Part shown: one piece after another, positions 48,917 to 59,237 of the stretch
Layout: each line of letters opens with the position of its first letter
How positions within the stretch are numbered: the first letter of the stretch is position 1
Assembly: GCA_944320955.1 (NCBI GenBank)
Contig: CALUJL010000021.1
Coordinates: forward strand, 130,516-194,515
DNA length: 64,000 nt
Source: an uncultured Bacteroidaceae bacterium
GTDB taxonomy: Bacteria > Bacteroidota > Bacteroidia > Bacteroidales > Bacteroidaceae
Direction: 5' to 3'
Translations under genes and position numbers: made by a program
Notes under the pieces: model-generated
Databases searched by the model: none
Seen by the model: the letters and a program-made list of their open reading frames with translations, nothing else
Told to the model about the DNA's origin: nothing

Positions 48917-48969
48917 CCCCTGAGAAACAAACCCACAGAACAATCCATCAAAAGCAACAATCCTACGAA

Positions 48970-49971
48970 ATGGCAGATTCAGAAAAAATAAAAGCCTTGC
49001 AGGCTGCAATGGACAAAATCGAGAAGAGCTTCGGCAAAGGCTCCATCATGAAAATGGGCGATGAGAGCGTAGAACCCGTGGCCGTCATCTCCACCGGTTC
49101 CATCGGACTCAATGCGGCCTTGGGCGTCGGCGGCTACCCGCGCGGCAGAATCATCGAAATCTACGGCCCGGAATCCAGCGGTAAAACCACACTGGCCATC
49201 CACGCCATCGCAGAAGCCCAGAAGAACGGCGGAATTGCGGCCTTCATCGATGCAGAACATGCCTTCGACCGCTTCTATGCCGAGAAGCTGGGCGTAGACA
49301 TCGACAACCTGCTCATATCCCAGCCCGACAACGGCGAACAAGCCCTTGAGATAGCCGAACAGCTCATCCGCTCTGCGGCAATCGACATCATCGTCATCGA
49401 CTCCGTGGCCGCCCTTACGCCAAAAGCCGAGATCGAGGGCGACATGGGCGACAACAAAGTAGGCCTCCAGGCCCGCCTCATGTCGCAGGCGTTGCGGAAA
49501 CTGACCGCGGCCGTGAGCAAATCCGGCACATGCTGCATCTTCATCAACCAGTTGCGAGAGAAAATCGGCGTCATGTTTGCCAACCCCGAGACCACCACGG
49601 GCGGAAACGCGCTGAAGTTCTACGCCAGCGTCCGCATCGACATCCGCGGCGGCCAACCCATCAAAGACGGCGACGAAGTGCTGGGCAAGACAACGAAGAT
49701 CAAGGTCGTGAAAAACAAAGTGGCGCCCCCCTTCCGCCGCGCCCAGTTCGACATCATGTTCGGCGAAGGCATCTCCCGCTCCGGAGAGATAATCGATTTG
49801 GGAACTGACCTTGGGATTATCAAGAAAAGCGGCTCGTGGTTCAGCTACAACGACACGAAACTCGGCCAGGGACGCGACGCAGCCAAACAGCTCATCAAGG
49901 ACAATCCCGAACTGGCGGAAGAACTGGAGGCGCTCATCATGGCCAAACTCCACGAACACCACAACAACTAA
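48970..49971 (+). CDS. recA: Recombinase A
   Basis: Walker [10 protein letters not shown] and full-length RecA conservation. Confidence 0.95.
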   Translation: MADSEKIKALQAAMDKIEKSFGKGSIMKMGDESVEPVAVISTGSIGLNAALGVGGYPRGRIIEIYGPESSGKTTLAIHAIAEAQKNGGIAAFIDAEHAFDRFYAEKLGVDIDNLLISQPDNGEQALEIAEQLIRSAAIDIIVIDSVAALTPKAEIEGDMGDNKVGLQARLMSQALRKLTAAVSKSGTCCIFINQLREKIGVMFANPETTTGGNALKFYASVRIDIRGGQPIKDGDEVLGKTTKIKVVKNKVAPPFRRAQFDIMFGEGISRSGEIIDLGTDLGIIKKSGSWFSYNDTKLGQGRDAAKQLIKDNPELAEELEALIMAKLHEHHNN

Positions 49972-49980
49972 ACTCCCAAC

Positions 49981-50004
49981 GGCAGCCTGCGGGCTGCCGT
50001 TTTT
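49981..50004 (+). terminator. Intrinsic terminator (ggcagcc-tgcg-ggctgcc + GTTTTT)
   Basis: 7-bp GC stem with a tetraloop followed by a T-run, 10 nt after the recA stop. Confidence 0.7.
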
Positions 50005-50018
50005 GCTTCCCCCGAGTG

Positions 50019-51035
50019 ATGATCCCCCTGCGCATCCGGTTGCTTTGCTGCCTGTCAGCCTTTCCCCTCCTGCTCATGGGAGCGGAAAAAGGCGGCATCG
50101 TGCCGGAATGGGTAGACCGGCTCATCGACCGCTTCACCAAAGGCTCCGCCGTAGACAGCAGCTACATTGCCCGCGACACCTTCCGCCTCATCGTAAAGCC
50201 CAAACTGACCGGCTCGTTCGGCCGCTACGAATTCCGCTGGAAAGACAGCGAAAACGACCTCGCCCTGCGCTCCGCGCCACAGATGAAGATAGGCGTCAAC
50301 CTCACCTACCGGCACCTGACCCTCGGCCTATCCACCAGTGTAGACCCTCTGCTCGGGCGGAAAAGCAAAAAGGAGATGGACTACAGCCTGAGCAGCTACG
50401 GCAACCGCCTTGGAGGCGAACTCTTCTACACCACGTCCAACAACTATTCCCTCCACAACGGGCAACACAAAATCCTCCACACCTCGCTCCGCTGCTTCGA
50501 GAGCCAACGCCTCCAGGGAAGCGCCTACTACGTCTTCAACCACCGACGCTTCTCCTATCCCTGCACCATCACGCAAAGCTACTACCAGCGCCGCAGCAGC
50601 GGCAGTTTCCTCCTCGGCTGCGAACTCAGCGCCCAGCGGCTCACCCTGGACGAAGGACAGATTCCGCCCGATCTCGACCCCGGGACAGCCGACCTCACGC
50701 AGATTCCCCGCAAGACCTCCTACCTGCGCATCGGGCTGAGCTTCGGCTACGCCCACAACTGGGTACTCGGGCGGCGCTGGACGCTCCATGCCTCCCTCCT
50801 CGGCACCGTGCCCGTCTACGAAAAAGGCACCATCGACTATCCCGGCCACAGCGAAAAAATCCACTACAACATCCTCAACACCAACCCCGCCCTGCGCATC
50901 GGCCTCCTCTACAGCGCACGCCGACACTTCGGAGGCTTCTCCCTGTCCAACAACTTCCTGCTCATCCGCCACTCCTCCCTCGACATATCCGACCTCTACT
51001 TCCGCGCCCGCCTCTACTACGGCATGCGCTTCTGA
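50019..51035 (+). CDS. Putative outer-membrane beta-barrel-like protein of unknown function (DUF-type), with signal peptide
   Basis: Start at ATG 50019 (MIPLRIRLLCCLSAFPLLLMG). Beta-rich alternating pattern; C-terminal ..YYGMRF aromatic terminus typical of OM beta-barrels. Confidence 0.45.
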   Translation: MIPLRIRLLCCLSAFPLLLMGAEKGGIVPEWVDRLIDRFTKGSAVDSSYIARDTFRLIVKPKLTGSFGRYEFRWKDSENDLALRSAPQMKIGVNLTYRHLTLGLSTSVDPLLGRKSKKEMDYSLSSYGNRLGGELFYTTSNNYSLHNGQHKILHTSLRCFESQRLQGSAYYVFNHRRFSYPCTITQSYYQRRSSGSFLLGCELSAQRLTLDEGQIPPDLDPGTADLTQIPRKTSYLRIGLSFGYAHNWVLGRRWTLHASLLGTVPVYEKGTIDYPGHSEKIHYNILNTNPALRIGLLYSARRHFGGFSLSNNFLLIRHSSLDISDLYFRARLYYGMRF

Positions 51036-51077
51036 CCCCTCAGCCGCCACCCTCCGCGCCTCCCCCTGCCGCTCCTC

Positions 51078-51175
51078 CCCAAAAGCCCCGCATCTTTTCC
51101 CGAAAAGTCCTGCCGCCCTTTTCAGATACATGCAGCACTTTTTTCCCGCCCGGAGAGCAACTTTTCGGGGAAACA
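51078..51175. repeat. Hairpin-repeat array (family copy)
   Basis: cccgaaaagtcctgccgcccttttcagatacatgcagcacttttttcccgcccgg. Confidence 0.55.
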
Positions 51176-51244
51176 ACCGTATCTTTACCCGAAAAAAACT
51201 ATTTTTGCGAGAAACTATTACCGTGTTTCACAACCAAACCTGTT

Positions 51245-53899
51245 ATGCCTATGAAAACAAGACTTACTACCCTCAGCCTCGCCCTGTGCGCCGCGCTCTC
51301 CAGCCCGGCAGCCCTCACGGCACAAGAGGCACAAGTCATCAGTACCGACCCGGAAGTCGTCGTCAGCACCTCCTTCTGTTCGGGCTGGGAAACGCTCGGC
51401 GCCGTCAACGACGGCAAAGTCGGTCCTAACTCCCAATGGAGCAATTACTACCACCCCAACAATGGCGACAGTAATAAAGAGAACGGTGGAACCTATGGGA
51501 ATTGGGGGAGCAATAGCCAGACAAACTGGGTATTATACGAATTTCCTTCAGACGCCGTACTCACAGAAGCATCCGTCTATTGGTGCACCGACGGCGGTGG
51601 CCTACAATACCCCACAGAAGCTGCTATTGAGTACTACGATGAAAGTTCCAACACCTACGTAAAAGTCGACAATATCGGTACAGCAGGCGACAAATTCAAC
51701 ACACTTACCCTGCCGAACATCCTTACAAAACGCATCCGCGTAACCATGTATCACCCCGATATTACAACTCCAATCGGTACTGCCATCATCGAGTTCCAAG
51801 TAAAAGGCTACTACACCGTGCCCACTCCCTTTGCCTCCTACAGTTCCTCAGTAGGCAGCGGCGAATGGGAAGAAGGCATCGCCCACCGTACCGTGGCCGA
51901 GGGCGAATCGGTATCCTACGCCGTCAGCATCGACGAAGCCCACGCCACACCCGGGACCTGGGCCTGGACCGGCCCGAACGGCTTCGCCTCCACCGATTCC
52001 GTCATCACCCTCTCCGCCGTAACGAGCGACATGACGGGCACCTACACCGTGACTTTCACCAACTCCGCCTTCGGAAAGACCAGCCAGCCCTTCAGCCTCA
52101 CCGTCTACGACGGCGCGGTCGGAGCCGAATACACGTGGAAAAAATACACCCCCTCGCTCAACTACGACTTCCGCAAGCTCTATCCCGACTTCCCCGCCCC
52201 GACGAAAGACCTGGAAGAGTTTCCGGTAGCCGGACGAATCAGCGACGGATGGTGGACCTACGCATGGGGCCCGGAGGCCAACCACGTGGCCACCGACCAG
52301 GTGGGCGAAGAGGGAATCCGTGCCATGCTTGAGCGCATGAACCACGACTTCGCCTACTTCCGCGACAGCATGGGCTGGCCGCCCGACCTCCGCGCGCGCA
52401 GCGGCTACCGCAGCACCATCTATCTCTACGGATCGGGCCTGCCCACCGACGATGCCGACAGCACCGCACTGGGCGGATGGCAGAGCGCCACGACGTACGA
52501 CGGCGTGACTTACCCCATGGTCCTCATCTCCTATTATCCCGTCTACAGCTTCCACCCCAACTGCCCCTACCCTGCCAGCGACAAGAGCTACCAGACCGGT
52601 GCCGTAGTCCACGAGGGAATCCACGCCCTGCTGGCCGACCTGCCCGGATGTAAGGGCTCCGCCTGGATACAGGAAGGCGGCAACACCTGGCTTCAGCAGG
52701 AATACGAGTCGCGCACCAGCGGCATCTACAACGAAATGGGCTACCTCAACGCCGGAGCCCTCATCGCCCCTTTCATGCCCATCGAGTGCTATAGCGGATG
52801 GCTGCTGGACGGTTCCTTCGGAGGCCCTGCAGCCGAGGGCGTAAACGTCTACAACGACGCAGGACAGCAGCTCTGCAACTGGCGCAACCTGCTGGGCGGC
52901 ACGCAATACGGCAACCTCTTCGTCGTATTCCTCGGCCAGACGCTGGGCGACGGCGTAGTGCCTTGGATCTGGGCCAACTGCCCCAACCGCGTATTGGAGG
53001 GCATGGCCGACTCCCTGGGCAGCGACCAGATGCGCCGGCTCATCACCGAATACCGCGCCAAGCAGGCCATGCTGGACTTCGGGAAGTGGACAAATGCCGC
53101 AAAGAAGCTGCTCAACAATAATTTCAACGGCGTTACGCAGCAGGAATGGGCGCCCTACGTGCAAAAAGTGGAGCCCTGGAACATGACGCCCTACGTGCAA
53201 TGCACCTCGGACGGCCAGGGTCTCGTCACCCCCGAGGAGCGCACCCTGCCGGGATGGTCGGGAGCCAACCAGATTCCCCTCCACATTGAGAAGAAAGACA
53301 CGGTGATCTCCGTAGAGTTCCTGCCCATCGGCCGGAACATGACCCTCCAGCTCTGCTACCGCACCAGGAAAGGCGACATCGTCTACAGCACCCCCGTGCC
53401 CGAGGGCGAGTGCGTGCTCAAGATTCCCTCCGCCGCCGACGAGCGGCCCGCGAACGAAGTGGTCATAGCCGTAGTGACCAATACGGACTACGAATATGAA
53501 GGCGACGAAACCCGCAAGGCAAAGTTCGACTACCGCCTGCGCCTGCGCCGCGGCGTCTACCACACGGCCGATCCCTACGTCAAGTGGTACGAATACACGC
53601 AGTACCTCTACGACCACAGCTTCACCGGAGTGGAAGAAACAGACGCGCCGGCCAACCTCAGCTTCAGCCTCGCCCCCAGCGTGGCCCGCGCCGGCGAAAG
53701 CATCCGGCTGAGCTTCTCTCAAGAACCCGGGGCCACCCCGTCCGTGAGCATCGTCTCGCTCGGCGGAACGGTAGTGCTGCAGGCCCAGCCCGGCGCTTCG
53801 GGAGAAATAGAATTGCCGGGCAACCTGGACAGCGGGCTCTACCTCGTCAGCCTGCGCTGCGGGGGAAAGACCCAGACGGCACGCCTCATCGTACAATAA
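51245..53899 (+). CDS. Secreted protein with N-terminal discoidin (F5/8 type C)-like domain, HEXXH zinc-metallopeptidase-like motif and T9SS C-terminal sorting domain
   Basis: Signal peptide MPMKTRLTTLSLALCAALSSPAALTA, HEGIH at ~aa 465 with a downstream Glu, and a C-terminal ~80-aa T9SS-type CTD (..GLYLVSLRCGGKTQTARLIVQ). The 1362-aa ORF in the track is an artefactual upstream extension overlapping recA. Confidence 0.6.
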   Translation: MPMKTRLTTLSLALCAALSSPAALTAQEAQVISTDPEVVVSTSFCSGWETLGAVNDGKVGPNSQWSNYYHPNNGDSNKENGGTYGNWGSNSQTNWVLYEFPSDAVLTEASVYWCTDGGGLQYPTEAAIEYYDESSNTYVKVDNIGTAGDKFNTLTLPNILTKRIRVTMYHPDITTPIGTAIIEFQVKGYYTVPTPFASYSSSVGSGEWEEGIAHRTVAEGESVSYAVSIDEAHATPGTWAWTGPNGFASTDSVITLSAVTSDMTGTYTVTFTNSAFGKTSQPFSLTVYDGAVGAEYTWKKYTPSLNYDFRKLYPDFPAPTKDLEEFPVAGRISDGWWTYAWGPEANHVATDQVGEEGIRAMLERMNHDFAYFRDSMGWPPDLRARSGYRSTIYLYGSGLPTDDADSTALGGWQSATTYDGVTYPMVLISYYPVYSFHPNCPYPASDKSYQTGAVVHEGIHALLADLPGCKGSAWIQEGGNTWLQQEYESRTSGIYNEMGYLNAGALIAPFMPIECYSGWLLDGSFGGPAAEGVNVYNDAGQQLCNWRNLLGGTQYGNLFVVFLGQTLGDGVVPWIWANCPNRVLEGMADSLGSDQMRRLITEYRAKQAMLDFGKWTNAAKKLLNNNFNGVTQQEWAPYVQKVEPWNMTPYVQCTSDGQGLVTPEERTLPGWSGANQIPLHIEKKDTVISVEFLPIGRNMTLQLCYRTRKGDIVYSTPVPEGECVLKIPSAADERPANEVVIAVVTNTDYEYEGDETRKAKFDYRLRLRRGVYHTADPYVKWYEYTQYLYDHSFTGVEETDAPANLSFSLAPSVARAGESIRLSFSQEPGATPSVSIVSLGGTVVLQAQPGASGEIELPGNLDSGLYLVSLRCGGKTQTARLIVQ

Positions 53900-54019
53900 C
53901 CCCCCTGCCCCGCACGCATACACAGCCCCTGCGGGAAAGGCCAACCCCATGGAGAAGCGGAATATCCCCCTGCGGATGTTCCGCTTCCCCCTTTCTCCGC
54001 CACCCGCTTTCCCCGCACC

Positions 54020-54105
54020 GGAAGGAAAAAAGCGCAGCATCTTTTTCCGGGAAGTCCTGCCGCTTTTTCGGAAAACATGCAGGGCTTTTCCCGAAAACCG
54101 CCCCG
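54020..54105. repeat. Hairpin-repeat array (family copy)
   Basis: ggaaaaaagcgcagcatctttttccgggaagtcctgccgctttttcggaaaacatgcagggcttttcccgaaaacc. Confidence 0.55.
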
Positions 54106-54198
54106 CCCCTCTCCACCCTGTACAGCAATACGCCCCCATGAGAAGAAGGCCCGGGCGGCCGGAAGTACTGCCCAAAAAGCGAATAATGTACCACATTA

Positions 54199-54231
54199 TT
54201 TGCAAAACAAGCCATAAACATCCTATCTTTG
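54199..54231 (+). promoter_or_regulatory. Promoter of pflB: -33 TTTG (54199-54202) and -7 TAtcTTTG (54224-54231), 21-nt spacing
   Basis: Canonical Bacteroidetes promoter geometry. The 15-mer ctatctttgcagcgc is identical to the tRNA-Ala promoter sequence. Confidence 0.45.
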
Positions 54232-54276
54232 CAGCGCAAAAAATAATTTCGCACAGACAAATTTAACAGACCGCCT

Positions 54277-56505
54277 ATGGAACTGAACAAAATCTTCAAA
54301 GATGGGCTTTGGAGCCAAGCCATCAACGTGACCGACTTCGTCAAGAAAAACATCACCCCCTACGAGGGCGACGCCTCTTTCCTCGCAGGCCCCACCGAAC
54401 GGACCAAGCGCATCTGGGACATCTGCCTCAAGGCCATCGCCGAAGAACGCGCCAACCACGGCGTGCGCGCCATAGACAACCATACGGTCTCCACCATCAC
54501 GTCGCACAAGGCGGGCTACATCGACCGGGAGAACGAGCTGATCGTGGGACTCCAGACCGACGAACTGCTGAAACGGGCCATCAAACCCTTCGGAGGCATC
54601 AAGGTAGTCACCAAAGCCTGCAAGGAAAACGGCCTCGAAGTAGACGAACGCGTGAGCGACATCTTCAACCACTACCGTAAGACGCACAACGACGGCGTCT
54701 TCGATGCCTACACCGAGGAAATCCGCTCCTTCCGTTCGCTCGGATTCCTCACCGGCCTGCCCGACAATTATGCCCGCGGCCGCATCATCGGCGACTACCG
54801 CCGCCTCGCCCTCTACGGCATCGACCGCCTCGTCGAGGCCAAGAAAGCCGACCTCCGCGCCCTGACAAGCCCCATGACCGACGAGCGCATCCGCCTGCGC
54901 GAGGAAGTGGCCGAGCAGATAAAGGCCCTGCAGGAAATCAAAATCATGGGCGAATACTACGGCCTCGACCTCTCCCGCCCGGCCTACACGGCGCAGGAAG
55001 CCGTGCAATGGGTCTACATGGCCTACCTCGCGGCCGTCAAGGAACAGGACGGAGCGGCCATGTCACTGGGCAACGTATCCTCATTCCTCGACATCTACAT
55101 CCAGTACGAACTCGAAAAGGGGACCATCGACGAGACCTTCGCGCAGGAACTCATCGACCAGTTCGTCATCAAACTCCGCATGGTGCGCCACCTGCGCATG
55201 CAGTCCTACAACGACATTTTCGCCGGCGACCCCACGTGGGTGACGGAAGCCATCGGCGGACGCTTCAACGACGGCCGCAGCAAAGTGACCAAGACCTCCT
55301 TCCGCTTCCTGCAGACGCTCTACAATCTCGGCCCCTCCCCCGAGCCTAACCTCACAATCCTCTGGAGCCCCGAGCTGCCCGAGGGCTTCAAGGAGTTCTG
55401 CGCCAAGGTGTCCATCGACACTTCCTCCATACAATACGAGAACGACACCCTCATGCGCGAAGTCCGCAACTCGGCCGATTACGGCATTGCCTGCGGCGTA
55501 TCCTATCAGGGCATAGGCCGCCAGATCCCGTTCTTCGGCGCCCGCTGCAACCTGGCCAAGGCGCTCCTGCTGGCCATCAACGGCGGCCGCTGCGAAAACA
55601 CCGGCACCGTCATGGTGAAGGGCATCCCCGTCCTGACGAACGACGAGCTGCAGTTTGAAGAAGTCATGGCCAACTACAAGAAAGTGCTGAAGGAAATAGC
55701 CCGCGTGTATAACGATGCGATGAACATCATCCACTACATGCACGACAAGTACTACTACGAAAAGGCACAAATGGCCTTCGTCGACACCAATCCGCGCATC
55801 AATCTGGCCTACGGCGCTGCCGGGCTGTCCATCGTGCTCGACTCCCTTTCGGCCATCAAGTACGCCAAAGTCACCGCGCGGCGCAACGAAATCGGCCTGA
55901 CCGAAGGATTCGACATCGAAGGCGAGTTCCCCTGCTTCGGAAACGACGACGACCGCGTCGACCACCTCGGCGTCGATCTCATCTACTACTTCATGGAAGA
56001 GCTGAAGAAGCTGCCCGTCTACAAGAACGCACGCCCCACGCTCTCGCTGCTGACCATCACCTCCAACGTGATGTACGGCAAGAAGACCGGCGCCACGCCC
56101 GACGGCCGCGCCAAAGGCGTGGCATTCGCCCCCGGCGCCAACCCCATGCACGGGCGGGACAAGAGCGGCGCGATCGCATCCCTCAGCTCGGTTGCCAAAC
56201 TCCGCTACCGCGATTCGCAGGACGGCATCAGCAACACTTTCTCCATCATCCCCCACTCTCTGGGAGCCACGCCCGAAGACCGCGTGGAAAACCTCATCAC
56301 GATGATCGACGGGTACTTCACCAAAGGCGCACACCACCTCAACGTCAACGTACTCAACCGCGAGACGCTGCAAGACGCCATGGAACATCCGGAGAAATAC
56401 CCGCAGCTCACCATCCGCGTATCCGGCTATGCCGTCAACTTCGTCTCCCTCAGCCGCGAACACCAGCTGGAGGTAATCTCGCGCAGCTTCCACGAACGCA
56501 TGTAG
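54277..56505 (+). CDS. pflB: Formate C-acetyltransferase (pyruvate formate-lyase)
   Basis: Glycyl-radical motif RVSGYAV near the C-terminus, catalytic Cys pair, and full-length similarity. Confidence 0.9.
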   Translation: MELNKIFKDGLWSQAINVTDFVKKNITPYEGDASFLAGPTERTKRIWDICLKAIAEERANHGVRAIDNHTVSTITSHKAGYIDRENELIVGLQTDELLKRAIKPFGGIKVVTKACKENGLEVDERVSDIFNHYRKTHNDGVFDAYTEEIRSFRSLGFLTGLPDNYARGRIIGDYRRLALYGIDRLVEAKKADLRALTSPMTDERIRLREEVAEQIKALQEIKIMGEYYGLDLSRPAYTAQEAVQWVYMAYLAAVKEQDGAAMSLGNVSSFLDIYIQYELEKGTIDETFAQELIDQFVIKLRMVRHLRMQSYNDIFAGDPTWVTEAIGGRFNDGRSKVTKTSFRFLQTLYNLGPSPEPNLTILWSPELPEGFKEFCAKVSIDTSSIQYENDTLMREVRNSADYGIACGVSYQGIGRQIPFFGARCNLAKALLLAINGGRCENTGTVMVKGIPVLTNDELQFEEVMANYKKVLKEIARVYNDAMNIIHYMHDKYYYEKAQMAFVDTNPRINLAYGAAGLSIVLDSLSAIKYAKVTARRNEIGLTEGFDIEGEFPCFGNDDDRVDHLGVDLIYYFMEELKKLPVYKNARPTLSLLTITSNVMYGKKTGATPDGRAKGVAFAPGANPMHGRDKSGAIASLSSVAKLRYRDSQDGISNTFSIIPHSLGATPEDRVENLITMIDGYFTKGAHHLNVNVLNRETLQDAMEHPEKYPQLTIRVSGYAVNFVSLSREHQLEVISRSFHERM

Positions 56506-56533
56506 GCCGCTGCCGCATTCTGACCGATACGCC

Positions 56534-57277
56534 ATGCAATCCGAACAGACCATACGCGTACATTCCTACGAAAGCATGGGCACATACGACGGGCCGGGCC
56601 TCCGGCTCGTCGTTTTCCTGCAGGGCTGCAATTTCCGCTGCCTCTACTGTGCCAACCCCGACACGCTCCCCTGCCGCGGCGGTACACCCACCCCGCCCCG
56701 GGAGATACTCGCCAAAGCCATGAGCGAGAAGCCCTTCTTCGGAAAGAAGGGAGGCATCACCTTCAGCGGCGGGGAACCCACGCTGCAGGCCGCCGCACTC
56801 GTCCCCCTCTTCCGGCAGCTGAAAGAAAACGGCATCCACATCTGTCTGGACACCAACGGCAGCATCCGCAGCAAAGATGCCGAGGAGCTCTTCGCCCTGA
56901 CCGACCTGGTGCTCCTGGACATCAAGGAGTTTTGCGACGAGCGCCACCGCCTCCTGACAGGGCAGAGCAACTCCGCCACACTGGAGACCGCCGCCCGGCT
57001 GGAAGCGGCAGGGCGGCCGATGTGGCTGCGCTACGTGCTGGTGCCGGGCTACTCCGATTTCCGGGAAGACATCCTCGCCCTCTGCCGCCACTTCGGGGAC
57101 TACCGCATGGTGGAGCGGGTGGAAATCCTGCCCTACCATACGTTCGGCGTCCACAAGTATGCCGCGCTCGGCCAGCCCTACGCCCTCGACGGCGTGAAGG
57201 AGAACACCCCGGAACAAATAGAAGCCGCCCGCAGCCTCTTTGCCGAGTACTTCCCCGAAGTCCGCGTCAACCGATAG
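56534..57277 (+). CDS. pflA: Pyruvate formate-lyase activating enzyme (radical SAM)
   Basis: CNFRCLYCAN radical-SAM cluster motif. Confidence 0.9.
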   Translation: MQSEQTIRVHSYESMGTYDGPGLRLVVFLQGCNFRCLYCANPDTLPCRGGTPTPPREILAKAMSEKPFFGKKGGITFSGGEPTLQAAALVPLFRQLKENGIHICLDTNGSIRSKDAEELFALTDLVLLDIKEFCDERHRLLTGQSNSATLETAARLEAAGRPMWLRYVLVPGYSDFREDILALCRHFGDYRMVERVEILPYHTFGVHKYAALGQPYALDGVKENTPEQIEAARSLFAEYFPEVRVNR

Positions 57278-57300
57278 CGGCCTCCCGGCCCCCGAAACTA

Positions 57301-57350
57301 GAGTTGCGCCCTGCAGGAACCCGTCCCGCAAGGCGCAACTCGCTTATTTT
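57301..57350. terminator. Bidirectional terminator hairpin (gagttgcgcc / ggcgcaactc, then T-rich) between convergent pflA and ferritin genes
   Basis: 10-bp perfect stem with a 21-nt loop, followed by gcttatttt. Confidence 0.5.
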
Positions 57351-57390
57351 CCTAATAGACTCCCTATCCGGGAGACGCTGCCTGCGCGGC

Positions 57391-57870
57391 TCAGCGCTTG
57401 GCCAGTTCGGCATCCACGAGGAGCAGGCCGGCGTCGCCGCCCAGCTTCATCTTGTCCACGATGCCCTGCGCCGTGGCCTCTTCCTCTACCTGCTCGCGCA
57501 CATAGCCCCACAAGAAGTCCTGCGTAGCCTTGTCGCGCTCGGCGGAAGCCACGTCCACCAGCCCGTCGATCAGCTTGGAGACACGGCACTCATGGGCATA
57601 CACCTGCTCGAAAGCCTCCAGCGGGCTTCCCCAATCGCAGGGCACTACGTCTATCTTGTCCACCAGCGCCTTGCCGCCGCGCTTGATGAGATAGCCGGCC
57701 ATGTCGTAGGCGTGGTCCAATTCCTCCTGCGACTGCTTCTTCATCCAGCTCGCAAAACCGTCGAGCCCGGCATGGGCATAGTAGAACGACATGGAGAGAT
57801 ACAAATTTGCCGACCACAGTTCGGCCGTGATCTGCTCATTGATGGCTTGCTGCAACTTCTCTGAAATCAT
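57391..57870 (-). CDS. ftnA: Non-heme ferritin
   Basis: Ferroxidase-centre residues (E..EE..H, QEELDHAY). Confidence 0.85.
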   Translation of the reverse strand: MISEKLQQAINEQITAELWSANLYLSMSFYYAHAGLDGFASWMKKQSQEELDHAYDMAGYLIKRGGKALVDKIDVVPCDWGSPLEAFEQVYAHECRVSKLIDGLVDVASAERDKATQDFLWGYVREQVEEEATAQGIVDKMKLGGDAGLLLVDAELAKR

Positions 57871-57917
57871 AATTCACTTACCTATTTTTAAAAAACTACT
57901 TTACCGGACTCTGACGA

Positions 57918-58003
57918 CCGCTGCCGCTTCTCGAAAAAAGTGCTGCCGCTTTCTGGGAAAAGTGCTGCCGCTTTTCGGGAAAAGCGCCTGCGGTTTTCTC
58001 CGG
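57918..58003. repeat. Hairpin-repeat array (family copy)
   Basis: cgaaaaaagtgctgccgctttctgggaaaagtgctgccgcttttcgggaaaagcgcctgcggttttctccgg. Confidence 0.55.
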
Positions 58004-58065
58004 ATTCGGAGAGCAAAATTAGGCAAATCCCCGGCGGGAACAAAGGGAAGCGCCCATTTTTTAAG

Positions 58066-58073
58066 TATCTTTG
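58066..58073 (+). promoter_or_regulatory. -7 box TAtcTTTG upstream of rlmN
   Basis: TAnnTTTG motif 47 nt upstream of the ATG. Confidence 0.35.
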
Positions 58074-58119
58074 CACCCTATAAACCATCCCCGCGCCGGC
58101 CGCCCGGCCGGAAACCCCT

Positions 58120-59178
58120 ATGGAAGAAAAGACACCGCTGCTGGGCATGACGCCCGAAGAACTGCAGGCCGTAGCCCGAAGCCTGCAGATGCCCTCGTTT
58201 GCCGCCAGGCAAATGGCCGAATGGATCTACAAGAAACACGTGCGGAGCATCGAGGAGATGACCAATCTCTCGCTGCGCCACCGCCAGAGCCTCGCCGGGG
58301 CCTACTGCATCGGGGCCAAAGAGCCCGTCGACGTGCAGCGCTCCCGAGACGGGACGGCCAAGTACCTCTACCGCGCCGGCAGCGGAAAAGCCGGGAAGAG
58401 CGGCGCGGGATTCGTGGAGAGCGTCTACATCCCCGAAGAAGACCGCGCCACGCTGTGCGTCTCCTCGCAGGTGGGCTGCAAGATGGGCTGCGCCTTCTGC
58501 ATGACCGGCCGCCAGGGCTTCGGCGGGCAGCTCACCGCGGCCGAAATCCTCAACCAGATTTATTCCCTGCCCGAGGCCGGCAGGCTGACGAACCTCGTCT
58601 TTATGGGCATGGGCGAGCCGCTGGACAATACCGACGCCGTGCTCCGCGCCCTCGCCGCCCTCACTTCCCCCTGGGGATACGGCTGGAGCCCGCGGCGCAT
58701 CACCCTCTCCACCGTAGGCGTGCGCCGCGGGCTGGCCCGCTTCCTGCAGGAGAGCGACTGCCACCTGGCCGTCAGCCTCCACAACGCCCTGCCCGAAGAG
58801 CGCCTCTCGCTCATGCCGGCCGAGAAAGCCTTCCCCGTCCAGGAAATAGTGGACCAGCTGCACGACTACGACTGGAGCGGACAGCGGCGCCTCTCCTTCG
58901 AGTACATCGTCTTCCGCGGGCTCAACGACACGCCCGCCCACATGAATGCGCTCCTGCGCCTGCTGCGGGGCCTGCACTGCCGCGTCAATCTCATCCGCTT
59001 CCACGCCATCCCCGACTCCCCCCTGCACGGCGCCGACGAGCGGGAGATGCTCCGCCTGCGCGACTTCCTCACCGGGCACGGCCTCTTCACCACCATCCGC
59101 GCCTCCCGCGGCGAGGACATCTTTGCCGCCTGCGGCATGCTCTCCACGCTGAAGAAACAAGGCGGAAGCAAACCGTAG
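58120..59178 (+). CDS. rlmN: 23S rRNA (adenine2503-C2)-methyltransferase (dual-specificity radical SAM RlmN)
   Basis: CKMGCAFCMTG radical-SAM motif and RlmN conserved blocks. Confidence 0.9.
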   Translation: MEEKTPLLGMTPEELQAVARSLQMPSFAARQMAEWIYKKHVRSIEEMTNLSLRHRQSLAGAYCIGAKEPVDVQRSRDGTAKYLYRAGSGKAGKSGAGFVESVYIPEEDRATLCVSSQVGCKMGCAFCMTGRQGFGGQLTAAEILNQIYSLPEAGRLTNLVFMGMGEPLDNTDAVLRALAALTSPWGYGWSPRRITLSTVGVRRGLARFLQESDCHLAVSLHNALPEERLSLMPAEKAFPVQEIVDQLHDYDWSGQRRLSFEYIVFRGLNDTPAHMNALLRLLRGLHCRVNLIRFHAIPDSPLHGADEREMLRLRDFLTGHGLFTTIRASRGEDIFAACGMLSTLKKQGGSKP

Positions 59179-59237
59179 AAAGAGGGACATCCAACCGGAT
59201 CAATCACTTTTTATTAACCATCAAAATACATTTTGTT

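Noticed and set aside
49811-51244. N-terminal 478 codons of the 1362-aa ORF (49811-53899), which would overlap recA and the DUF-type gene.
   Set aside because: The translation is Arg/Pro-rich nonsense and overlaps two well-supported genes. A signal-peptide-bearing ATG at 51245, preceded by an intergenic repeat array, is the credible start.
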